A stretch of DNA of 64,000 nt, taken from IMG/VR virus record IMGVR_UViG_3300031998_000004; one strand, 5' to 3'. Numbering within the stretch: the stretch's first letter is position 1; every line of letters starts with the position of its first letter. A program made the position numbers and the translations under genes. This stretch comes from a virus (Duplodnaviria; Caudoviricetes). Positions 9,554 to 17,958 of the stretch are shown here, piece by piece. The notes beneath the pieces were generated by a model that was not told where the DNA came from, ran no database searches, and was given only the letters and a program-made list of their open reading frames with translations.

Positions 9554-10014
9554 AATGTTATCTCTATCCTCTGTGGTATGAATGTGTTGACGTGAATAAT
9601 TATAAAGGTGTATGATTTATCTCGAAGTTTAACATTAACCGTCACATCCCCACCTTCTCGAATCTTCGTTTGTTTGAGACAAGAAGTAAATGTTTTTGAT
9701 AAGTTTTCTTCATTAAGAGACGGCACTACAAGACACATAAGGATGATATACTTGTAGATGTCATTAAGATTATAGATAGATCTTTGATTTAGAACATTAT
9801 TTATCTCGTCAAAATCTTTTTGAGATATCTTCATCGATCCATCATCGTTACATAGTAATCCCCGAAGAGTATCAACTATCTTTGTTTTAGAGAAGTTGAT
9901 TTTGAAGGCATCTCGCCAAGAGATATGTTTATGATTTGGATTGGTACAGTCCCAGAACTTGTACACCATCCCCACCCATGGGTCTTCGATTATATTTTCA
10001 GAGAACAAACTCAT
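9532..10014 (-). CDS. hypothetical protein starting MSLFS
   Basis: 160-aa ORF with an SLF tag. Confidence 0.55.
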   Translation of the reverse strand: MSLFSENIIEDPWVGMVYKFWDCTNPNHKHISWRDAFKINFSKTKIVDTLRGLLCNDDGSMKISQKDFDEINNVLNQRSIYNLNDIYKYIILMCLVVPSLNEENLSKTFTSCLKQTKIREGGDVTVNVKLRDKSYTFIIIHVNTFIPQRIEITLKRKELV

Positions 10015-10195
10015 CCTTCAACTCATCCTCCATCTCGTCTTGAGTACGCTCGAGTTCGCGTAGTGTTCTATATAATCTATTTTCCTGGCACCAAGTGCAG
10101 GTTCCGTGGTTCCGACAACTACAGTCTACCAGTTTTGCACCTTTGTACTGCCTACGCTTCTCCTTACCGGCTTCTATTGCTTTGTATAGTCCCAT
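9998..10195 (-). CDS. small basic Cys/His (Zn-binding) phage protein
   Basis: DxSCRNHGxCxWC motif. Confidence 0.6.
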   Translation of the reverse strand: MGLYKAIEAGKEKRRQYKGAKLVDCSCRNHGTCTWCQENRLYRTLRELERTQDEMEDELKDEFVL

Positions 10196-10225
10196 GTATA
10201 TAATTATTAAATTAGAAGGGAATCT

Positions 10226-10648
10226 TTAGAAATAGATTCCCCTCTCAATCTGTAGTCTCTCCAGGGAGTCACTACTGTGTATCCCATTTCTCATCTCGCT
10301 CTCACCAATTTCCTTCCGGATATGATCTTTGATCTTATCTGTCTCGGCAAACATCTTTGAAGACATCGATCCGTCTTTGACAAATAAGATAGCAGTGCTG
10401 GGGGCACTAGACATATACTTACATAGGTCCTTAAAGAAATCCTCTTTTTTATGTGGTTCGTAGAGTCGTTTGGCTTCCTCAGGGAGGAGTTGTTTAGTTC
10501 TTATCCGATCAACACGCCATCCTCGTTTAGCAAATTCATCTATGACGAAAGCCGTGTCTTCAAGGAATCCGGGTTTCACAATAACAAATATATTCTGTCT
10601 ATTGTCATCAACAAGTGATGGTCCAAGTGATTCGATTAATGATTTCAT
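10226..10648 (-). CDS. ndk: Nucleoside diphosphate kinase with MKSLIE-SL leader
   Basis: FVIVKP, YEPHKKEDFFKDL..YMSS.P, RNGIHSSDS (catalytic His), ERGIYF. Confidence 0.88.
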   Translation of the reverse strand: MKSLIESLGPSLVDDNRQNIFVIVKPGFLEDTAFVIDEFAKRGWRVDRIRTKQLLPEEAKRLYEPHKKEDFFKDLCKYMSSAPSTAILFVKDGSMSSKMFAETDKIKDHIRKEIGESEMRNGIHSSDSLERLQIERGIYF

Positions 10649-12549
10649 GAGTTTTTGATTGATTTTAATCTGTTTAATCCAACAGTATTTGGTTTTAAAT
10701 TAGATTGATTTCCAGTTTTATCATTTAGGTTTCCTAAATCAATTGATGTGTTTGATTCTTTAGATTCTCCTTTATCTAACGAACCCAAATCCGAAGAAGT
10801 ACTATTGGTTTTATTAGGGGTTTTCGAAATTGTACCAAGATCTGCGGATTGAGTAAACTCATCTAATTTTTGAGGAATAATTTTTCCCAAAAAATCTAAA
10901 TTTATATTTCCCAATGTGTGTTCTAATAACTTTTCAGCAACATTGTTTTTAGTTAATGACCTAGAGTTTATATCTTCAGCAAGTTTCCCAGCGGCTTCGA
11001 GTTTCCCGGCTATATTACCCAATGATGGTAACATAGGGAGGGTTGTTTTTATAAAATCTTCTGTAAGACTCGCATAATTTTTTTGTAGAGATTTATAATG
11101 ATTCATTGCCGCTAATATATCATCTTCAGATTCTCCAACCTTTCCTTCATCTACTAATGCCATTACACTATTTCTTAAATCCTCATCAGACAACGTATCC
11201 CATTGTCCATATGTAATAAGGTTAGCTATTCCATCATATAAAGAATTTGCATTCCATTTAATTAAATTATTTAATTTTTGCTGACCTATATCCGTTAATG
11301 TTTGCGCTTGTTGGCCATTTTTTTGCAATTCTTTAGCGACTTCGCTCATGCTAGGGAATGCATTGGTAACTTCACCACGGGCATTTCTCGATGCTGTCCA
11401 CGCATCTGCTATAAACAAATCACCAAATCCTCTTAATAGTTGAGGATTATATTCATGTTCATAAATATCATCAAAATAAATATCAATAGTAAATGTTTGT
11501 TCAAATCCCGTTTCATTATTTACTGCAGCATATCCGGATTTAAGTGAGTCAATATTTATCTCGCAATTATGAAATTCTAAATATTTACATATTGAAGAAT
11601 TACTAATAGAATCATAATTTCCCTGCGGATCGATATTTTTCCAATTCTGTGTGATTAATTTAGATGTGGCTTTAACTGCATTGAGACCATCCCCAAGAGC
11701 CCCTCCGAGGACATCAACTGTATTTCCGATCATACTGTCAAGTCCGTTTGGAGAACCAAGCATCTTATTAAGAGTGTCCTGATCGGAATATGCATTATAA
11801 AGATTTTTTATATTATTTGCCTGCTCCTCAAATCCACTCAATTCATTTCCTACAAGATGCCCAAATGCAGCTCCTTTCTTCACCAAATCTGTGACTTTTA
11901 ATCTAGACAAATCTCGATTAGTTGTTGTATAAGTATGTGTCAATCCGTAAGTTAATCCAGAAAATACAAACAACCCCATATCAAATTTCCTAAGATTTGA
12001 AGGCACCACTTCGCATTTCCTGGTGTGCGACCATACTATACTTCTATACATTGAAAGAAGGGATTCTATGCGATGGTCCGCTGGATCGTTCATGCATACT
12101 ATTGATATTTTTTTCCTTTCTTCAGGAACAGTCCATTTTTCGCGAACTAATGCTTCATCGAGACCAGTTATTTCTTTAAAATACCAAGGGGATTCTGATG
12201 ATATCTGTGACAGCAGCGTTATGAAATCCCTAAGAACCAATGCGCGTTCATATTCACAGTTATTAATTAAATAAGCATATGCTGTGTTTTGATGTAGGTA
12301 CTCGTATTTATCTGTTCCGTTCGATGTAAGCCACGTGGGCGCCAGTAATCCATGAGTACCATTATAATATCCACCATTATAAGATGGGTCGTTATCGTAA
12401 AAATAAAAAAGAAGCTTAAAGAATCGCACATCGGGATTATCGTATTGGTTAAACCCGTTACGATCTACTCTTTTGAATCTATGGTAATCTCCGATTACGT
12501 TATCTCCTGGTAATAAACCAAGACTATATAAATTTTTATATGTAAACAT
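10645..12549 (-). CDS. putative tail tube/baseplate-associated structural protein
   Basis: 634-aa ORF in an operon with baseplate genes; PWYF..I.GL and VP.NLRKFDM motifs. Confidence 0.4.
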   Translation of the reverse strand: MFTYKNLYSLGLLPGDNVIGDYHRFKRVDRNGFNQYDNPDVRFFKLLFYFYDNDPSYNGGYYNGTHGLLAPTWLTSNGTDKYEYLHQNTAYAYLINNCEYERALVLRDFITLLSQISSESPWYFKEITGLDEALVREKWTVPEERKKISIVCMNDPADHRIESLLSMYRSIVWSHTRKCEVVPSNLRKFDMGLFVFSGLTYGLTHTYTTTNRDLSRLKVTDLVKKGAAFGHLVGNELSGFEEQANNIKNLYNAYSDQDTLNKMLGSPNGLDSMIGNTVDVLGGALGDGLNAVKATSKLITQNWKNIDPQGNYDSISNSSICKYLEFHNCEINIDSLKSGYAAVNNETGFEQTFTIDIYFDDIYEHEYNPQLLRGFGDLFIADAWTASRNARGEVTNAFPSMSEVAKELQKNGQQAQTLTDIGQQKLNNLIKWNANSLYDGIANLITYGQWDTLSDEDLRNSVMALVDEGKVGESEDDILAAMNHYKSLQKNYASLTEDFIKTTLPMLPSLGNIAGKLEAAGKLAEDINSRSLTKNNVAEKLLEHTLGNINLDFLGKIIPQKLDEFTQSADLGTISKTPNKTNSTSSDLGSLDKGESKESNTSIDLGNLNDKTGNQSNLKPNTVGLNRLKSIKNS

Positions 12550-13946
12550 TATTCTTCTTTAAGTATTTTTGGTATTTGAGTTGCTGGTCGAGCAAGTGTT
12601 AACGTAAATGTCCATTGATTATTGGAAAACTTGTATGTCTCTCCAGTAATAAGGTATTGTCCCGATACTGATTTATCCAATTTAAAAGTTCCTGATGTCC
12701 CTGGTTCTCCTATTTGCTCTAGGGGTACTTCCGTTTCCGGATCATTAATCAAATCATTCTCTGCGAGATTATCCATTAAAAAACTTAATCTATCATCATT
12801 AATATAATATGAGACGTTCACCCGCATTCCGCGTTTTAATCCTAATAGTGGTTGTTGTAAATCCACTTCAATAAGATTACCCATTATTTTTGATTTAAAT
12901 GGTCTTATCAATTGCCCTGCTGCTATATAATCATAATCCCCATACACTTCTCCCAAATATTCATAATTATAATATGAGTCGTCATTTGGATTATCATTAT
13001 ATAAATAAACATTATTATATTCTCCTGTATTCATAGAATACGTTGAATAAACCATATCAGTTCCAGCAGAATTTACGCCCGGCGAATTTTTTATTCTCAG
13101 GTCCTTTATATATAACTGAGTGTTATCCAATCCATATAGATTTGATAGTTCGGCTTTAACTAAATGAGGTTCTATTTCAACCCCTTCAGTAATATCGGAT
13201 ATTTGTTCAGCAATCCATATCTTTGTTTTATCATCATCCAATTCATCAATAGAATTGTATCTTTCGTATACGTTTACTAAATTTAAGTAATTCCACGGAT
13301 CAATCCACCAGTCATATACAGTAGTATCATTTCCTGATTTTAATGTTTCGTCATTTAAGATAGATAAATATGATTTATAAGGACAATAAACATATCTATA
13401 GTCATCTCCATCTTCAATATTTGTCGCAAAGCCCAATTTAGATTCACTAGCTATCTTATCAAATAATTCATATAATGTTATTTCCCCAAAGGCTGCGAAT
13501 TGAGTAGATGTTAAAATAGGGGATTTATAACTGCCAAAAATACGAATTACTCCATTGGGCATAGTGTTAAAATTAACAATATAAAATGTAAGATTTATCT
13601 TCTTATATGCATCATCGAATGGTGGTAGAATTTGTATTCTTAATTCATTATTGTTTCCTGGAGTATCCAAACACCTAATAATACTATTTCTATCACGTAC
13701 AGTTAATGATACCGACGGAAGGTTTGATATATTCATTAATTCAAACGACAATATATCTTCAAATGCAACAACAGTATTATTAATACCAATAATGGGACAA
13801 TGAATACCATATATGGCCGTTTGTTGTAGAGCAACCATATTTTTCTGATATTCATCTCCCGATTCTTCTGGTGATGAATTAACCAATCTAATTATTACAT
13901 CGGATTGTTCTATTGAAGGATCATATTTTACTGTAATTAATTCCAT
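12549..13946 (-). CDS. putative baseplate hub protein (gp27/gp44-like)
   Basis: LGFATN, WIDPWNYLN and SGQYLI...L.L.R pattern of hub proteins; next to a gp53-like gene. Confidence 0.55.
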   Translation of the reverse strand: MELITVKYDPSIEQSDVIIRLVNSSPEESGDEYQKNMVALQQTAIYGIHCPIIGINNTVVAFEDILSFELMNISNLPSVSLTVRDRNSIIRCLDTPGNNNELRIQILPPFDDAYKKINLTFYIVNFNTMPNGVIRIFGSYKSPILTSTQFAAFGEITLYELFDKIASESKLGFATNIEDGDDYRYVYCPYKSYLSILNDETLKSGNDTTVYDWWIDPWNYLNLVNVYERYNSIDELDDDKTKIWIAEQISDITEGVEIEPHLVKAELSNLYGLDNTQLYIKDLRIKNSPGVNSAGTDMVYSTYSMNTGEYNNVYLYNDNPNDDSYYNYEYLGEVYGDYDYIAAGQLIRPFKSKIMGNLIEVDLQQPLLGLKRGMRVNVSYYINDDRLSFLMDNLAENDLINDPETEVPLEQIGEPGTSGTFKLDKSVSGQYLITGETYKFSNNQWTFTLTLARPATQIPKILKEE

Positions 13947-13949
13947 ATA

Positions 13950-14399
13950 TTAATATACAACAATTCCTTTAGTGGCATCAATTTTAAATCTCTTATCGCC
14001 AATCACTGCGTCATTTGCTTGTCTACGATCGGTTTTTTGTTTTGGTTTTGGTGTTGTGCTTATTACATTCTCATTTTCAATATCATTTACATCAGGAGTA
14101 TGTGCAAAATTAGGAATATCAAGAGCCGATGGTACTATTAATGTCATTCCTACATTCAATTCAAATGGGTTAGATATTCCATTGAGTTTACATATTATAT
14201 CAGCAAACATTGAATCTCCATAAAGATCAAAAGATACAAGATCTGGACGAGCTATATACTTTTTATTTGTCACTTCAAATACACCATAATCAAACGTACT
14301 TGGTAATGAGTAGGTATTATCAAGTAAGTTCCATATATTATCATCTAAAAAATCCGAATGGATTTGTGTCTTATTAGCTAATATTGTAGATTGATACAT
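13950..14399 (-). CDS. Baseplate wedge protein, T4 gp53-like (LysM-like)
   Basis: ARPDLVSFDLYG...IICKLNGISNPFEL..G..L.VP. Confidence 0.8.
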   Translation of the reverse strand: MYQSTILANKTQIHSDFLDDNIWNLLDNTYSLPSTFDYGVFEVTNKKYIARPDLVSFDLYGDSMFADIICKLNGISNPFELNVGMTLIVPSALDIPNFAHTPDVNDIENENVISTTPKPKQKTDRRQANDAVIGDKRFKIDATKGIVVY

Positions 14400-14436
14400 G
14401 AATAAATAATCAACATTCGTTTAAACTTGATCAAAC

Positions 14437-14467
14437 AAAAAAGAGACATCCAAATGAATGTCTCTTT
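14437..14467 (-). terminator. Rho-independent terminator
   Basis: AAAGAGACAT...ATGTCTCTTT with an A-tract on +. Confidence 0.65.
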
Positions 14468-14487
14468 AAATTAACAGGAAGAACTTT

Positions 14488-15966
14488 TTACTTTATACTT
14501 CTCCATGCACGGAACTGTGCGCGGATTGCACGCTCGCGTTCGTCAGCAATCTGTTCAAGGCCTTCGTAGATGTTCTTCACCTGAGGAACTACATTGAAAT
14601 CGATTGACTCCCAGAATCTCTGAATAGCACCTTCGTTATTGAAGTTATAGAGTTTTGCGCGTCTGTTGATTGATTCCTTCATTTCATCACTTGCGGACTC
14701 ATAAAGAGGACGTACTGCCTCGGGCATCTCCTGGATGAACTTAGGAGCGTCTTCGTTAACTGACTTTGCTGATTTAAAGATAGGTTTGCTCACTTCAATT
14801 CCTTCAAGAAGTTTGAGTGTATCTTCAATTGAAGAAAGACTGTTCTTCTTGGACTCGGTAACTGCATTAGCGATCTGTTCCTCTACCTTAGGTGCATAGT
14901 GCTCATTGAGCCATGCCTGTGATGCAGGAGCGTACTCTTCAACGATCCAGCTCTGGATACCCTGAGCGAACTCTGTGGTTGCCCAACGCTCAACCTCACC
15001 ACCGAACTCTTCAACGACCCATGTCTGGATCTTAGGTGCGGCTTCGTTAAGGAGATAGTCTTTGAATGCATCCATTGCTTCATCAACCATTTCTCCCTTA
15101 TACTCAGGAGCAAACTCTTCGGTGACCCAACCAGCAATCTTAGGAGCGAACTCATTGACACACCAGTTCTGGATTCCTTCACATAATTGTTCTAAATCAA
15201 ATTTAGGAGCCTTCTCGAGGGCCTCGTTAAGTTTCTTATTTTCATCCTCGAGGGTCTGTACTCTTTCCTCGAGTTTTTCTAACTTTTCAAGTTTCTCGAG
15301 AATCTCATTCATTTCCATATTGTTTTCTTCGGGTTTATTTTCTATATTTGTTTCTTGTTCTTTTTCTGTTACGTAGAAGATGTTTGATTCGGGGATCTGT
15401 GTATAGACATCATCACCGACCTCAGCACGACCCTCAGCACTCATCTTGTTCTCAAAATCAACCATCTGACTCTCGTTAAGGTGAAGTCTTGCCTGAGAAA
15501 AACCAGGAGTCCCCACAAGGTCATATGTAGATATTCTTTCAAGAGTGACTGCACCAGTCTTAGGATCTACATTACCCATAGCGCGGCTAGAGATAAACAA
15601 TGGAAGTCCACCTTCAACGATTGACTGAGCAATCTTTCCCTTAGGAGTATTGAGAAGTGTGATTGTGCCACTCACTACACCATTCTCGTCAATATTAATA
15701 TCAGTAATTTTGTGTGAGATGTTTTCAAGTGTGATGTTCATATACTGAGGATGCTCGAGCTCGCCAGGGATTCCACCATCCTGTCTGATTCTCCCTTGCA
15801 TCTCTTCAACCATCTTCTTATAGTTAGAAGTCTCGTATACACGGGAATTATTATTGCGTACACCACAAACACCGAATGTACCACTCAATGTCATCAAACC
15901 ATTTTCTTTAGAAATGGTCATTGACTTGGCGTCATTTAAGGTTTCATAAATGTAACTTTGTTTCAT
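14488..15966 (-). CDS. Prohead protease (T4 gp21-like) fused to a scaffold-like C-terminal region
   Basis: N.N.RVY, GELEHP, TPKGKI, ISSRAMG and YDLVGTPGF motifs; then coiled coil and repeated IQxWxxEEF/Y units. Confidence 0.88.
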   Translation of the reverse strand: MKQSYIYETLNDAKSMTISKENGLMTLSGTFGVCGVRNNNSRVYETSNYKKMVEEMQGRIRQDGGIPGELEHPQYMNITLENISHKITDINIDENGVVSGTITLLNTPKGKIAQSIVEGGLPLFISSRAMGNVDPKTGAVTLERISTYDLVGTPGFSQARLHLNESQMVDFENKMSAEGRAEVGDDVYTQIPESNIFYVTEKEQETNIENKPEENNMEMNEILEKLEKLEKLEERVQTLEDENKKLNEALEKAPKFDLEQLCEGIQNWCVNEFAPKIAGWVTEEFAPEYKGEMVDEAMDAFKDYLLNEAAPKIQTWVVEEFGGEVERWATTEFAQGIQSWIVEEYAPASQAWLNEHYAPKVEEQIANAVTESKKNSLSSIEDTLKLLEGIEVSKPIFKSAKSVNEDAPKFIQEMPEAVRPLYESASDEMKESINRRAKLYNFNNEGAIQRFWESIDFNVVPQVKNIYEGLEQIADERERAIRAQFRAWRSIK

Positions 15967-16032
15967 GTATAGTTTTACTTAATTTAATCCAATAATAACT
16001 TTTTAAAATTTTGTCCTTAAAAAAATCGCAGG

Positions 16033-17343
16033 TTATTCGAAAATTGTCTTCATATAACTAATTAAATCAACAAACGATTCGTTTTTTGGCGGTTCCCCAT
16101 TAATCCATTCTTTGGACCAGCTGCCATCTTTTGGTTTAACCTTATAATACTTGCCACCTCGGGGTCCCGTCATCTTTTTATATTGTTTACCGTCAGATCC
16201 TGTTTCTGTCTTAACAAGAAATGAATCTTCATCTTTACCAGCGGCTTTTGCTGCTTGTTTGAGTTTATCTTCTAGTTCCTTAATTTTATCTTTATCCTTT
16301 TCATCATCAAGTTCACCAATCTCATTTTGGATTTTTTCAATATCTTCGTTTGAAAGTTTATTTGTTTCAGTTTTTTCTTCTTTATTATCTTTTATAATTC
16401 TTTCAAGTTCATCATCTATTTCTTTAATTTTCTTATCATATTCTTCTTGAGATTGTTTCAATTGTTTGTCTTTTTCTTCTTCACCAATTTCTTTTTTACT
16501 AGCTTTATCATTTATTTCTTTATCGCGTTTTTCTTTTTCATTCAATGCATTTTCTTTATCTTCATTGGCTTTATCAGTCGCATTAGCAATGTTAACAATT
16601 TTTTTAATATCATTTACTATACTATCAGGGGCCCCTGATGCCTTATAAAAATTAACAATTGGTGAATCGTTTGGATTTTCTTTATGTGCTTTGGCTATAT
16701 CTTTGTGTATTTGAATGGCTGATTTTTTATTATCTTCTTTTTGTTTTTCAATTTCTTTTGAAGTGATTTTACTAAAATCCAATTGATCCTTAAAAGAACT
16801 GTTTTGTTCTTTTGAAAGATTTTTAGCGATTTTGTCAAAGTCATTTTTAAATATTTCGGATACGTCATTTCCGCCATTCATTTCTTCGGCAAATTTTTTC
16901 CTATCCTCTGGAGATCTTAAATTACCATTTTCGTCATATAAACAAGCATTTGTCTGATTTAATAACATTTTTGCATGATCAACCTCAGGGCCTTCTTTTC
17001 CTTCCATCATCTTCTTCATCAAAACCTGTGTTTTGACTATTTCATCTACTTGTTTGTCCTCCGATAGTTCACTAATCGGTTTAACTTCTTTAACTTCTTT
17101 TCCATCATCTTTTTTTGAACTTTTTGAACCACCAAATAAAGAAGCAGTATCCCCGAGATCATCTCTTTTATCACCAAGCTTGTCTTTTATATCATCATCC
17201 CATTCTTTTCTTTTGTTTTTACTAAACCAACCAAATAATCTAGCGATCCCGCTAAAAAGACCAACCGTTAAAATGGGTAATAAAAACATTTCATTGACTG
17301 TTGCTTGTTGATGTTGATCTATTAAGTATTCTTTAAGATCCAT
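16033..17343 (-). CDS. Charged coiled-coil putative head/internal protein
   Basis: MDLKEYL...VNE leader, hydrophobic segment, K/E/D-rich body, TGPRGGKYY motif. Confidence 0.5.
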   Translation of the reverse strand: MDLKEYLIDQHQQATVNEMFLLPILTVGLFSGIARLFGWFSKNKRKEWDDDIKDKLGDKRDDLGDTASLFGGSKSSKKDDGKEVKEVKPISELSEDKQVDEIVKTQVLMKKMMEGKEGPEVDHAKMLLNQTNACLYDENGNLRSPEDRKKFAEEMNGGNDVSEIFKNDFDKIAKNLSKEQNSSFKDQLDFSKITSKEIEKQKEDNKKSAIQIHKDIAKAHKENPNDSPIVNFYKASGAPDSIVNDIKKIVNIANATDKANEDKENALNEKEKRDKEINDKASKKEIGEEEKDKQLKQSQEEYDKKIKEIDDELERIIKDNKEEKTETNKLSNEDIEKIQNEIGELDDEKDKDKIKELEDKLKQAAKAAGKDEDSFLVKTETGSDGKQYKKMTGPRGGKYYKVKPKDGSWSKEWINGEPPKNESFVDLISYMKTIFE

Positions 17344-17353
17344 TTTTATATGA

Positions 17354-17914
17354 TTAATTTACTTGTAAAATCTTTTCTCTTAAAATATTATACACTTTAT
17401 TGGGTTCTTTAATATAAGAACTTAGTGTATTATAAGGAGTTAACTTATTAAAGGTTTTAATGTCTCCATCAAGTAGGGCCTGACGTACTCGAGTAGCAGA
17501 GATGTCTTCATTGGTTCTCTTAATTTCAATCATTTGGAAGTCATCTGAAAGGCCTGCTTCGTCTTTATATTTGGTAGACATTTTTGTATATGAGTCAATC
17601 CGATCGGTTCCACACGACCAGGACACTATCTCGTATTTATTCTCAAGAGCTTTTCCAATTTTAACAATATCCGCATTATCAACTATAACAATATCATTGA
17701 TATTCTTAAATGTAGATTTTAAGTCATTATATATAGGTGCAAGTACAGATGTGGGGAAAGGGTGTCTTTTATCAACTTTATTATCCGGGGTGTCAACGAG
17801 ACATATAACAGTACCCACACCAAGTTTCTTCCAAGCCTCGTCAATACACTTCATATGACCATCGGTCAATGGTTGGAACCTTCCTATTATGATATTCGTT
17901 CTGATTTTATCCAT
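17354..17914 (-). CDS. HxGH-superfamily nucleotidyltransferase (cytidylyltransferase-like)
   Basis: GRFQPLTDGH, HPF, GTDR and ISATRVR motifs. Confidence 0.8.
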   Translation of the reverse strand: MDKIRTNIIIGRFQPLTDGHMKCIDEAWKKLGVGTVICLVDTPDNKVDKRHPFPTSVLAPIYNDLKSTFKNINDIVIVDNADIVKIGKALENKYEIVSWSCGTDRIDSYTKMSTKYKDEAGLSDDFQMIEIKRTNEDISATRVRQALLDGDIKTFNKLTPYNTLSSYIKEPNKVYNILREKILQVN

Positions 17915-17917
17915 GAA

Positions 17918-17955
17918 TAAATAATAAGAATTGTTGTTATGTAAATTATTATTTA
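17918..17955. promoter_or_regulatory. Back-to-back putative late promoters (ATTATTTA)
   Basis: TAAATAAT at 17918-17925 (serves the - gene) and ATTATTTA at 17948-17955 (serves the + gene). Confidence 0.45.
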
Positions 17956-17958
17956 TGT

